This document shows, in pieces, positions 33,090 through 43,800 of a stretch of 56,972 nucleotides of DNA (position 1 is its first letter; each line of letters begins with the position of its first letter). The notes under the pieces are model-generated. The model was given only the letters and a program-made list of their open reading frames with translations. It ran no database searches and was not told the DNA's origin. The position numbers and the translations under genes are program-made. Source of the stretch: an uncultured Gammaproteobacteria bacterium (GTDB taxonomy: Bacteria > Pseudomonadota > Gammaproteobacteria > SZUA-229); contig CAWUSX010000007.1 in NCBI GenBank assembly GCA_963924875.1, positions 1 through 56,972 of the forward strand, written 5' to 3'.

Positions 33090-33393
33090 ATTAATTAAAC
33101 AGGTTAAAGAAGTGTTTGACAACGAACTTTCCGTGCACTTCGATATCGAAGAAAAATCAATACTACCCGAGTTAGTAAAGATCGGTGAGCATAAACTGGT
33201 AAAAAGAACGCTGGATGATCACATCAAGCTACGTCAGTTGATCAAAGAACTGGACGAGCGCGGAAATCTTCTCATGTTTTCTAAGATTTTGAAGGAGCAC
33301 GTAAAATTCGAGGAACAGGAATTATTCGAAGCCTGTCAAAACAAACTTGAGCCTGAGGTAATGGAGAGTATCGGCCAAGTATGCGATCGCTAA
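33076..33393 (+). pseudogene. Hemerythrin (HHE) domain protein, apparently lacking its N-terminal helix
   Basis: HFDIEEKSILP, DDHIKLR, EHVKFEEQELF ligand pattern; first His helix absent; GTG start overlaps the previous fragment. Confidence 0.6.
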
Positions 33394-33704
33394 ACATATA
33401 ACTACAGCTATCAAGCAATCGAAATAGATCAGCCTTTTTGAGTAAGCGGAAAAATTAAGAAAGACAATTCAAATAGCAGGTATAAGAAAGCTATGCCTGT
33501 TAAAAACAGCCACTCAAAATAAGCCCACCCGAAAAAATGATACAAAGTAACTAATTTTGTGAGTGTTACGACATTCAAATAATTATAATGCTATTACTGG
33601 AACATAAATAATTGATAAGCATACAAAATAAATGATATAACGAGGTCTAGAAAAAAATGTATAACAAGACGCAGGGTCTTGTTAATTCGACTGCTAGGTA
33701 AAAT

Positions 33705-34430
33705 ATGAAGATCAAAAAATTTCTTAGTTACGAGTGGGACGCAATAGCAGGGGTTATTGCCGCCGTAGCCGCCATAATTTTACATCTACTACACATAGTA
33801 GACGAACATGTAATCCTACCTATTGTGCTTGCCCTGTTAGGGCTTTTATTTATCAATTTCATGCGCCATACAAGTCAAAATGAATTAACAGCTGAACATG
33901 TAGAGAAAACTGAACGCACCGTCCGCAGAATACAAGCATCGCTAAAAACACCAGAAATAATTCTGGTTGGTCCACGACAGCTACGTTCTGTTAGTGAACA
34001 ATTTTCCCATCACATGAGAGGCGATGCAATTTGGTATAATGTTTGCCTGTCAATGTATCGACCACAGCCTTTGTTTGATGCGCTACTACGACCAGCGATA
34101 GAAAATCCATTGGTCACCTCAATTCAGTTTGTCCTTGATGAAAGCCAAAAGGATTTATGGAAGGAAGTAGTGCTGCCTAAAATAGCCGCCTGTGCCGGAA
34201 GCTCCAAAGTGAGAGAGCCCTACTGGTGCACACTAGCCAAGAATACTTCATTTATTATCGCGGATAACCATCAAAGTGATGGTGCTGAGGCGCTACTTAG
34301 TTTCTGGGGCGAACCGTTCATGGCTCAATCCACCGAACGGGATATTCCACGGTTTATCTTCCATGTACAAAAAAACTCAGAACTATTACCACACTTGATG
34401 GAACTTGTACGTAGCTGTAATCATCAGTAA
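33705..34430 (+). CDS. Hypothetical membrane-anchored protein (241 aa)
   Basis: Two N-terminal hydrophobic helices followed by a soluble domain; AGGT RBS. Confidence 0.75.
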   Translation: MKIKKFLSYEWDAIAGVIAAVAAIILHLLHIVDEHVILPIVLALLGLLFINFMRHTSQNELTAEHVEKTERTVRRIQASLKTPEIILVGPRQLRSVSEQFSHHMRGDAIWYNVCLSMYRPQPLFDALLRPAIENPLVTSIQFVLDESQKDLWKEVVLPKIAACAGSSKVREPYWCTLAKNTSFIIADNHQSDGAEALLSFWGEPFMAQSTERDIPRFIFHVQKNSELLPHLMELVRSCNHQ

Positions 34431-34493
34431 TACCAGATGAGGGTACTACTCGGGCGCTATGTCTATCTAACATATTACGCAATCAAATTTATA

Positions 34494-34556
34494 ATCTAAC
34501 TAATTGCTTGAGTGTGGATCGGGATCGCGCAAAGCGCACGGTCCACTTAGCTTAAT
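34494..34556 (+). other. Degenerate attC-like palindrome
   Basis: ATCTAAC (RYYYAAC) ...GCTTGAGTGTGGATCG...GCGCAAAGCGC...CGGTCCACTTAGC; the terminal GTTRRRY is missing. Confidence 0.4.
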
Positions 34557-34890
34557 AAAAAAACAAATGAGTGAAACAACAATACCTTATAAAGAAGCAT
34601 CATTTCACTACAATAACTGACGACAGTAATCATGCAATAGAAAAATGTAATAACCGAGTTAGAAAACACTAAGAATTTAAAATAACTAATGAAGTATTTT
34701 TGCAATCAAACCGTCTGACACTAGCAACTTAAATCTACAATTCATGACACCGTCGTAACCGGACACCCAAACCAAGAAATTACCGAGTTAATAAAATATA
34801 AACAAAACAATATTTCAAACAGTCGCTGACAGTTAATTATTCAACCAAAATTTGCGTATTATTTCTCTACTATATTGCCACAGTAATAGT

Positions 34891-35147
34891 TTAACTAGCC
34901 CACATATAAACACTAAAAGTCATACTCAGGACAAAAACAACCACAGTGAAACAATCAATCTCCATAAAATATCAACTCGACGAAGCCCCATAAAATGATC
35001 AATTATTAATTGTCCTTTAAACCAGACTGCCGCAAGCATTAGTGCAACCAATAACTGCTGTTCAAAGCCAAATTGACTGAGCAAAAAAATTGTCAGTGTT
35101 GTCGCCATTAATAAAAGCCAAACAATAGTCGCTTTAACATCTAGCAT
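34891..35147 (-). pseudogene. norF: NorF-like (cytochrome oxidase subunit IV family), frameshifted
   Basis: VWLLLMATT...KGQLIIDHFMGLR; adding one T in the T-run near 34935 restores WLFFVLSMTFSVYMWAS* ending at 34891. Confidence 0.65.
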
Positions 35148-35150
35148 AAA

Positions 35151-35755
35151 TCAGCGAATTAGATACACAAGTGGAAATAATATAACCCAAACCAGGTAAC
35201 CATATGCCAGTAAGATGCCCCTGTTTCCAGGCCCAGAAGATTATTTTATGAGTAACCACCTTTAGTAGCTTTTAATAACATAGCAGTCAAAATAACCAGG
35301 CCTAGCATTACATGCATATAATGAAAGAAGGTCATTGATAAGTACAAGGTATAAAAAGAATTTGTGCTGAGATTTACCCCTTCACTGTATTTAGAATAGA
35401 ACTCATATGATTTTATAACGATAAATATTAAACCCGTAAGTACAGATGCAGATAACCAGAAAACAGTTTTATTCTTATTATCTCTTTTAGTAGCATTAAC
35501 GGCTTTGACTACAAAAAAGCTACTTGTTAATAGAACAAATGTATTTATTAATCCCAATCTAACATCTAGAGTTAATTGATACTGGTTAAATAACTCTATA
35601 TTATTGCTTCGGGTAATAATATAAGTAATAAAAAAAACACCAAAAACCAGTAGCTCTGCATAAATAAACATCCACACAGCTAAATCACCCGGCAAATCAT
35701 CGGGTAATCTGCCTCTAGTTTCTAAATTTTTTGTTACAGAAGTAGCGATAGTCAT
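35151..35755 (-). pseudogene. norE: NorE-like (cytochrome oxidase subunit III family), in-frame stop plus frameshift
   Basis: LPGDLAVWMFIYAELLVF, NTFVLLTSS, FHYMHV; TAA at 35246-35248, then NNLLGLETGASYWHMV, and a 1-nt deletion near 35198 before DLVWVILFPLVYLIR*. Confidence 0.8.
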
Positions 35756-35867
35756 TTATTGATTATCTAAGAGATGCATCAGAATAACCTTGACTCAATT
35801 CAGCGGCTAAACCAATAAGACTAGAAGTTTTTAGCTGAATGATAAGCTTACTAATATTTATATAAAC

Positions 35868-36479
35868 TTAGTAATCTGAATAAATAGCACCGGTCGGACA
35901 TACAGCAACGCAATCGCCGCAACTTGAACAGGCTGTATCTTCAATCAGCCAGTCACCTTCACCAAAGGTAAGTAAACTTGCCGAACCCCGATGAGAACGA
36001 CTGATAACATGACTATCTCTACATGCTCTTATACATCGATCACAATGTATGCATTTTTCCTGAGCTAATTTAATATAATCTGAACTATAACGATTACAAT
36101 CCTTCGGCTTTTGATCATGTAAATAAAAACGTGCAGAATTAACACCCAGCTGACTGGCATATTCACGCACTTGAGTACTTAAGGTTTCTAGCCCGCCATG
36201 TTCTGCAATAATAAATTCCATTAGCACTTTCCTGGCGTTTACTGTTTTCGTACTATGGGTTTGTATTTGCATATTTTTTTCAACTACGGTTGAGCAGGCG
36301 GGCAATAATTTATTATGTCCTTCAATTTCAACCGAACAAATACGACAAACTGAACGCAACTCCAGGCCTGGCAAATGACAAATAGTTGGAATAGATAGAT
36401 GTATTTTTTTTGCCACCTGTAATATAGTTTGGCCCGTCTTAGCCTCAACCTCCCGGTTATTTATGCTAATTTTAATCAT
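35868..36479 (-). CDS. HoxU/NuoG-N-terminal-like Fe-S protein ([2Fe-2S] plus 2x[4Fe-4S])
   Basis: IPTICH...CRICSVE...ACST; CIHCDRCIRAC; CSSCGDCVAVCPTGA; the His/3Cys cluster motif is degenerate (EHGGLETL). Confidence 0.85.
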   Translation of the reverse strand: MIKISINNREVEAKTGQTILQVAKKIHLSIPTICHLPGLELRSVCRICSVEIEGHNKLLPACSTVVEKNMQIQTHSTKTVNARKVLMEFIIAEHGGLETLSTQVREYASQLGVNSARFYLHDQKPKDCNRYSSDYIKLAQEKCIHCDRCIRACRDSHVISRSHRGSASLLTFGEGDWLIEDTACSSCGDCVAVCPTGAIYSDY

Positions 36480-36480
36480 T

Positions 36481-37710
36481 TCACAGGTTCCTGAAATGTT
36501 TTAAATAAGTAATGACAGGAACCGAAGCGGCCTTACCTAAACCACAGCTTGATGTTTGCTGCATGGTTTCACTAACACTATGTAGCCAGTTAATACTGTC
36601 ATCTGTTTCATTTGAATCAAGTAATTGCTGAGAAAATTTACGCAGCTCCTGTGTTCCTACCCGACATGGTGTACAGCGTCCGCATGACTCCTCTTTAAAA
36701 AACTCGGTTGATTTAGACATTTCAAGTAATGGGTCACGAGTACTATTAAATAAACGTATTGTTCCAGAACCAACATGCAAGCCTAACTGACTCAATCCAT
36801 CCACATCATAATTAACATTAATTAATTTTATTGGGACTAAACCGCCAGAGATACCGCCAACTTCAACAAAACTTAAATCTTCAGCCTCAGCCTTAGCAAT
36901 AATATTTTCTAATGAATCACCCATATCAACTTCATAAATACCTGGCAGGCTTACATCACCCAATAAAGTAACTAACTTCGGATGCTTATTTATAAACCGT
37001 TCTGGGGCACTTAAGAGAATCGGAATCCAGCTAAGCGTTTCAACATTATTAATAATTGTCGATTTATTCCATAAGCCTTTTTCATGGGGATAAGGTGGTT
37101 TTAAACGAGGCTCGCCACGCTTTCCTTCAATATAGTTAAGTAATGCAGTTTCTTCACCTACTATATATAAGTCTGGATTAGGACCGTACAAAACATTTAT
37201 TGTTATATTTTTTAAAAACGATTTATTTTCTGAGACGATTTTAGTTAAATTTTCATAAGCCCTTTTATAGGCCGAATTAACAACCAGATATACCTCATTA
37301 ATTTCTAGCAACCTACAGGCAATGGCTATTCCTTCAATCAACAACTGTGGATAATGCAGCATAATATAATAATCTTTAAAGGTATAAGGCTCCCCCTCCA
37401 GGCCATTAACAACAAGATATTCTGGCTTATATGGAACAGCCGCCTGCCATTTTTTAAGCAACGGAATATGTGAACCACCACAACCGCATAAACCACTGGT
37501 ATAAATTAACTTTAAAACCTCTGCATTGCTGAGTTTATTGTTAATTATTTTTTTAAGTTGATTAAAAGCCCCTTCTTTTGAATAATTTTCAAAACTCGAA
37601 ACATTTCTACCTTCAATTTCAATAATCTCTTTTTCTTTAACATAACTTTTTTCTGCTGACTCGTAAAAAGAAGTTACACTATAATTTTGTTTTTTAATTT
37701 CATCTCGCAT
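36481..37710 (-). CDS. NuoF/HoxF-like FMN/[4Fe-4S] oxidoreductase subunit
   Basis: SGLCGCGGSHIP, NGLEGEPYTFKD, YIVGEETALL, PRLKPPYP, NNVETL, GGISGG, ESCGRCTPCRVG...SSCGLG. Confidence 0.88.
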   Translation of the reverse strand: MRDEIKKQNYSVTSFYESAEKSYVKEKEIIEIEGRNVSSFENYSKEGAFNQLKKIINNKLSNAEVLKLIYTSGLCGCGGSHIPLLKKWQAAVPYKPEYLVVNGLEGEPYTFKDYYIMLHYPQLLIEGIAIACRLLEINEVYLVVNSAYKRAYENLTKIVSENKSFLKNITINVLYGPNPDLYIVGEETALLNYIEGKRGEPRLKPPYPHEKGLWNKSTIINNVETLSWIPILLSAPERFINKHPKLVTLLGDVSLPGIYEVDMGDSLENIIAKAEAEDLSFVEVGGISGGLVPIKLINVNYDVDGLSQLGLHVGSGTIRLFNSTRDPLLEMSKSTEFFKEESCGRCTPCRVGTQELRKFSQQLLDSNETDDSINWLHSVSETMQQTSSCGLGKAASVPVITYLKHFRNL

Positions 37711-38611
37711 GTCTGAACCTCTTACTATTCAACAAGGGATTCATTAAATTCATAATTAAAATGGCATACATCTCGATACCTGCAATACTGGTATACATTT
37801 TCCCCAATACAGACAACACAGCCACACCCATACCAAAAATAATTCCACCTTTTATAGTATTTGGTGAGGTTTCTGGCGCGGTCACAAAAAAGAATGCCAT
37901 CAATAAAGTTGGCCCTCCCATTAAGTACACCAGAGGTTCAGACATCCAGGGTGCATGACCAACTATTTCAGCGGTATCTGGTAATAAAAAGACCACAATA
38001 GGTACAGTTAATAACATTGTGATAGTGGCTTCTCTCTTAATCACCACATAACGCAACATTAATCCACCAACAATCAACAATAATAAAGTACTGGTTTCAC
38101 CTATAGAGCCTTTAGTAAAGCCTAAAAATGCATCCCAGTAATGCGGTTGCAACATACCGCCTGCTTCTTTAAATAATAAACTGGCGCCACTGGCTAAATC
38201 TGCATAAGGTATCGGATCGACGTTTTCTAAAATCGCAATGACGGCACGTCCTAAAACAGCCGGATTAAAAACATTACCCAGTTTACCTTTACTCAATGCA
38301 GGCAAAGCCTGCTTGCCAATATACTCCGCAACAAATCCACCAATTATAATCATATAAAATGGCGTTAAAGGACTAAGCGTTAAGCCCATTAGTAAGCCAG
38401 TTATCATGCTGCCCGGATTGAATATTTTTACTACACCATCATTTGACCATTGTATTAACGCACCTGCTAACATTGTGGTTAAAGTCGATAAAAGCAAAAC
38501 AAGAAAGGCATTAACACCAAAATAAATGCTGCCAAAAATAGCCAAGGGCAATAAGAGAATAAAGGTGCTCCATTTTGCACCAAGAGTCAGGCGGATTTCG
38601 TTAATACTCAT
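37700..38611 (-). CDS. Stand-alone RnfD/NqrB-family membrane flavoprotein
   Basis: ITGLLMGLTL, GNVFNPAVLGRA, DLASGAS (flavinylation motif), GSIGETS, AFFFVTAPETSP, YAILIMNLMNPLLN. Confidence 0.88.
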   Translation of the reverse strand: MSINEIRLTLGAKWSTFILLLPLAIFGSIYFGVNAFLVLLLSTLTTMLAGALIQWSNDGVVKIFNPGSMITGLLMGLTLSPLTPFYMIIIGGFVAEYIGKQALPALSKGKLGNVFNPAVLGRAVIAILENVDPIPYADLASGASLLFKEAGGMLQPHYWDAFLGFTKGSIGETSTLLLLIVGGLMLRYVVIKREATITMLLTVPIVVFLLPDTAEIVGHAPWMSEPLVYLMGGPTLLMAFFFVTAPETSPNTIKGGIIFGMGVAVLSVLGKMYTSIAGIEMYAILIMNLMNPLLNSKRFRHAR

Positions 38612-38613
38612 TA

Positions 38614-39162
38614 TCACTCAGCTGACTGCATTTTTTCATGTGGCATAATTTTTCCAGCTTCCTGCCATGGCTTTACTTCTGCAGCTGTGTGGCACTCTAC
38701 ACACTCCACTACAAATGATTTATGGCAGGTTAAACATGATGATGGGTTAATGCTAGCCAGCATAATATGCCTTTCCAGGCCATTACCAGATGGATTGATA
38801 AAATCACTACTATGGCTTTCTGGAATTGTATTATGACAAGATTCACACTCAGTCTTCAAATGACAGGATGCGCAACGCTGGTAGGAAAAGTTTTTTGTTC
38901 TGCCATGAGTATATCGTCGAAACTGCTCATTATGTGATTTAGGCGGCGGAATAAGTAAACCCTGCTTTATATCTTTAACTCCATTTTTTATATGCTCATG
39001 CTGAGAATGACATTGCATACATTTACCATCATTGCGCCATTCATGTACATTATTTTTGATAAAATTATTGCTAATTGCCATTATTACAATACTGATAAGC
39101 AATAGTAAAAACACAAGGTATCGCGGTTTTATAAAATTAAATTTTGTTATTAGCTGCAACAT
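38614..39162 (-). CDS. Membrane-anchored pentaheme c-type cytochrome
   Basis: N-terminal TM/signal; CMQCH, CASCH, CESCH, CLTCH, CVECH; ATG 39162 overlaps the upstream TAA (alternative start 39174). Confidence 0.88.
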   Translation of the reverse strand: MLQLITKFNFIKPRYLVFLLLLISIVIMAISNNFIKNNVHEWRNDGKCMQCHSQHEHIKNGVKDIKQGLLIPPPKSHNEQFRRYTHGRTKNFSYQRCASCHLKTECESCHNTIPESHSSDFINPSGNGLERHIMLASINPSSCLTCHKSFVVECVECHTAAEVKPWQEAGKIMPHEKMQSAE

Positions 39163-39800
39163 TATTTTATGCATCTGAAACCAATATCAAAACTTCTATA
39201 TTCCGGTTCTCGGTTAACATAAGCCTTAATGCTAACCCCTGATGGGCTACTATTTGAACTGCCACCAACAACACGCTTTTCTTCTACCCACTCTGCAACA
39301 TTACCGGCCATATTTAAAACATTATAAGGTGATGCCCCTTTATCAAATGATTTAGACGGGGCAGAATAAGTATAACCATCGTTTTCTGCCCATTTCTCAC
39401 CACCCGTATTCGCTTTTTTATAATCCCATTGGTTACCCCAGGGCCAGATTCGCCCATCTGAATTACCAGCAAATCTCATCCACTGGGCATGTGTCGGCAA
39501 TTTCTGGCCACGCCATTTACAATACGCATTTGCAGAATACCAGCTCACACCAACAACAGGATGATCTGGTTTTTTAAATGTATCTTGATTAAAAGGCGCT
39601 AAGCTTGCGGCGACTGAGTTTATAAAAAAAGATGAGCGATACTCTTTCCAGTACCTGGGTAGCTTATGTTCAGGATGTGCAGCAATAAATTCTGCATAAG
39701 CCTTATTAGTCACTTCAATAATATCTATATTTTGGACTGTATCTGCCTGTGCAACAAATGAACGGATCAACATCATTAAAACAAAACAGAAACGTAACAT
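39162..39800 (-). CDS. Exported FGE-sulfatase (SUMF1/NirV-like) domain protein
   Basis: Signal peptide (AQA), EVTNKAY, HPVVGVSWYSANAYCKW, WPWGN, NMAGNVAEW, IGFRC; no FGE catalytic CxxxxC. Confidence 0.87.
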   Translation of the reverse strand: MLRFCFVLMMLIRSFVAQADTVQNIDIIEVTNKAYAEFIAAHPEHKLPRYWKEYRSSFFINSVAASLAPFNQDTFKKPDHPVVGVSWYSANAYCKWRGQKLPTHAQWMRFAGNSDGRIWPWGNQWDYKKANTGGEKWAENDGYTYSAPSKSFDKGASPYNVLNMAGNVAEWVEEKRVVGGSSNSSPSGVSIKAYVNREPEYRSFDIGFRCIK

Positions 39801-40870
39801 TATTGATGCCCCCTGGTTAAAGTATCCCAGCCTATAGAACGAGTCACACTACTATTATCATCAATAATTAAAGCTTCAATATTGTCTTTGCCATTCACCC
39901 AACGCATTCCATTGATTGCACCTTTAACAGATACTGCTGTTGCATAGGCATCTGCAAGTGCTGCATCTTTAGTTAAAATGGTAACACTTTGGGTGCCGCT
40001 GGCTGGTTTACCCGTTTTTGGATTTATAATATGACTATAGCGTTTACCCTTATGCATAAAGTACCGCTGACTATCACCCGAAGTTGCCACAGAATAGTCA
40101 GCTATTGAGAACTGCTCAATTATCTGCCCTTTCCAACGGGGATTTTCAATATTGATATTCCAGGGTCCAGTTGATTTTTTCCCCATTAGATAAACATCTC
40201 CACCCGCACTAACTGCTGCATTTTTTATTCCCATCTCACGAAATATATTAATAGCCAGCTCGGCTGCATAACCTTTACCAATACCACCAAAATTTATTTT
40301 CATGCCTTCGGGTATTTTAACTTTCATTTCGGATTGATTTAATTCAATTTTATCTGTTCCCACAAACTGTAATTGCTGCTTTATTTCTTTGTCACTGGGC
40401 AAGACTACTGTTTTATCGCGAAAAGGATACAAATCCCAGACAGAGCCTATAGTCACATCAAAATCACCAGCTGTATTATCAAAAGCCTGTTTCGATAACA
40501 GTAATAAACTCATCGTTTGCTGACTTACCTTAATCCATTTACCTGATTGTTGATTTAGAAGAAACACATCACTACCAGGTTTCCACGAGCTTATTTTCGA
40601 CTCAAGCGCTAATAAATCGTCTGTTATTTTTGTTATTGCCTGAAGTGCTAGTTTTTTTGGGGCATCAACAACAAAAATAAACTGTGAGCCCATTAAAACT
40701 ACTTCACGTTTGGTTAATTTAGATGAATTACTGTGTGAAAATTCATAAATAGGCTTTTTAATGATATTTTCATCTAAGTGCTGTATTTTGTTCACTGTCT
40801 TTTCTCTATGCATAACACCATAAACTAAAGACAAACTAACAACGACAATGAATACTAGCCACTTTTTCAT
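39800..40870 (-). CDS. apbE: FAD:protein FMN transferase ApbE
   Basis: FDVTIG, FGGIGKGYA, AGGDV, ATSGD, YSHIINPKTG, ADAYATA. Confidence 0.93.
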   Translation of the reverse strand: MKKWLVFIVVVSLSLVYGVMHREKTVNKIQHLDENIIKKPIYEFSHSNSSKLTKREVVLMGSQFIFVVDAPKKLALQAITKITDDLLALESKISSWKPGSDVFLLNQQSGKWIKVSQQTMSLLLLSKQAFDNTAGDFDVTIGSVWDLYPFRDKTVVLPSDKEIKQQLQFVGTDKIELNQSEMKVKIPEGMKINFGGIGKGYAAELAINIFREMGIKNAAVSAGGDVYLMGKKSTGPWNINIENPRWKGQIIEQFSIADYSVATSGDSQRYFMHKGKRYSHIINPKTGKPASGTQSVTILTKDAALADAYATAVSVKGAINGMRWVNGKDNIEALIIDDNSSVTRSIGWDTLTRGHQ

Positions 40871-43800
40871 TATTCAATTACCTTCATAAAATTAAGCAGG
40901 TCTTCTATTTGCCCAGGTCTTAAATGTGATGTACCACCATGTGAATCAATGACTCTGTTTTGTTTATCTAAATCACCTTTTAATGTTCTTTCTGTTAATT
41001 CATTAAAACCAATCTCTTTTCTATCTTTTCTTACAACCTCATCACCTATCATGACTGGCATTAAGAATTTTCTTGCTGCCGGATGTTCAGGTGTTAGTAA
41101 AACTTCACGCAATGATCTGGCACGAGCATGATGTAGGAAAACGGGAGGCCTATCAAAAATGCCGCGTAGTGTCATTGTGGTAAATGAACCTTCTTTTTCT
41201 TCAAATCGTCCCTTATCTTCATGTTTTAAGCCTAGTGGATCTCCATTTGCTGTTTCAACTGCGAAGACACTCGCCAGCGAGTATGAAGCATCTCGCCTTG
41301 TCATAGTGGTTAATTGCGGCAATGCACGCCGATCATTATTTGCAAGTAGTTGGGTTTTATTTGTGAACTCAGGTGAGGTATGGCATACCCCACACATAAC
41401 CTGTGCTGAATTAAATAACTGCTTACCCCGTTTTACGGAAGGATGCTGTTTATCAAATGGTGTTGGCAATAAGCGATTTTCATGCCCCATCCATGCTGCT
41501 AAAAATGGATAAAATTCGGCTAAAGAATATGCTTTATTGAAATATTTTTTTGACTGGGCTTTGAAAAACTCATTACGTCTATGCTCAAGGTCATACCATT
41601 TTTTACCCAACTTATTAACTTCAACGCGTTCTTTTAATTCTTCATGCATTAAACGTCTTTTATTATCGGCTACAGGTGAAACCAACTGACTGTAATCGCC
41701 TGCCCATACTGGCCTGTCAAAATCAATAGAACTAGCAGGTTCATTAATGTCGGCACCTTGCCCCTCTTCAAGAATATGCGTGCCTTCAAAATAATAAGGC
41801 TGAATAGCAAAAATATTTTTTATTTGCGGAATTCCAAGTGTTCCACCTGGTGTTAAATGCCCCCATTTATTCTGCCCCACTACCTCTGCTGCACCCCAGG
41901 CACGGCCATCACCTGTATCACGATAATGACAGTGTGAACATGAGGTATCGCCATCAGAACTAAAAACGGTTGAATGAACAACCACATCACCACGCTCTGC
42001 ATCGGTTGCAATGGCAGGTAGTGTTAAGTCGCCTACAATAATCTCTGAATTATTTTCAGGATTAGTCAAATCAATAATGGAGATGGTTTCACTCATCTGA
42101 TTTGCAACAAATAATTTATTATTCGCAGCAGTAATGCCTATTGGTCTGAAACCCACATTAAATTTTCGTAGTGGAATAAGTCGATCTGATGGTTCATCAG
42201 GATTGTGCTTTATCTGCCATTCAATAATTTCAAATGTACCCGACATACTCACATAAAGTTTGTCCGCAAGTGTCACGGACCATTCTGGAAATGACCCGGG
42301 AACTCGTTGCAGTTCTGGCGGTATATCACCTTTAACATCTCCTGTAGTGGCTTCAGCTGTATCGGAGGTGTACCTTACCCAGTTTTTATGTGATTCATAT
42401 TTATTGGTTTTAAGAAAGTAATCAGGTGAACTATTTTCAGAAATAGATTTGAAGTCAATCGAAGTTAAATCAATCGCAATGATATCATTTTGAATATCAC
42501 GCATTTTGAAATTCCATGTCCCATCAACTGCGTCAAAATCACCCATTATAAACTGTTTATCAATAGGATAAGCGTCATAGCCCTGGCTGGGGTCTCTTAA
42601 TACAGTATACTGAGCTGCCGGGTTATTTTTATCCCAACTTTCAGCGCCATATGGATCACGTTCTTTGCTTGCACCAAAACCCGCACCCATGGTAAACACC
42701 ATTAAGGTGTCGTCTTTTATCATTAAATGGCTGGCAACATTTCCAATATAAATACTACCTATGAGTTTGTTTGTTTGCGTGTCAATTACCGCCACATCCA
42801 TAGTTCCAGTATTGCCTACAAACAAATAACGATCATATAGTGCTAAATCTTTTGGATGAGACTGTTCATTACCTACCGGTATTCCTGGGCCGCCATAACC
42901 CTGCTCAATCCATTTAACTATTTTTTCTAAATCATTATCGCCTTTTTCAAACAGGACACCACCAGGGTGAAATTCTGCTGTAATTTTTTCATCACCAAAT
43001 CCACCCATATCTTTTGGCAATACAGCTCTTAGCAAAGGACTATTATAGGCATCACCACCAATTGAATTTGCAACTGCAGATAAAAAGTTTTGCTTGATAT
43101 CAGGGCCAGAAATAAATCCACCTGCTGCTGCATTATGACAAGGTGCACACTTTGATCTTAAAATAGCATTAATACCCTGTGAACTGTGCTGTTTGGCTTT
43201 TTCTATTTGTTTATCCGTAAATCCTCGAATATATAAATCATTAAGAGTTTGTTTAGAAATGGCGCTATTACCATAAAACACTTCATCATTGAAACCACCC
43301 TGTACATTAATTTTTCCATAAAGATGATTATCTGTTTCAACTATATCAATTACCAGAACCTGATCTAAATATCGATTTGCAAGCCATGCCTTGTTACCAT
43401 CTTTAGAAAATTTAATATCTTGAGCATAATAATCAAGCTCAATAATATTCACGACTTCATCTAACCGGGTATCAATAACTGAGGCATAATTTGAAAATTC
43501 ATTTGTTACAACGAGAAATTTACCACCTGGGTGTAACACTGATGTATAAGGTCTACTGCCTACTTCAATGCGCTTAATGACTTTATTTGTTTTTAAATCC
43601 ACCACCGCGAGTTTATTCTGTGGATTATTTTCAGTTCCTTGCAAAGTAACATATAACTTAGTTGCCTCTTTATTAAGCGTAACACGCGTGGGTTTATCAC
43701 GATGCGGCTGTTTCGTCTGCAGAGGAACGTTATTTGAAACCGGCGTTAAATCATGCGCTTTAAATTTACTTTTATAGCGCCACACCGAGGATGTCAATTT

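Noticed and set aside
35790-35803. FNR-like site TTGAC-TCAA-TTCAG upstream of norE
   Set aside because: Three mismatches in AT-rich DNA and very close to the ATG; not distinguishable from chance. The same doubt applies to TTGAT-TCAT-AGCAA at 25660, which has no clear target gene.
35868-37710. Complex I, Hox hydrogenase or formate dehydrogenase operon
   Set aside because: No other nuo genes, no NiFe large subunit and no molybdopterin subunit are adjacent.
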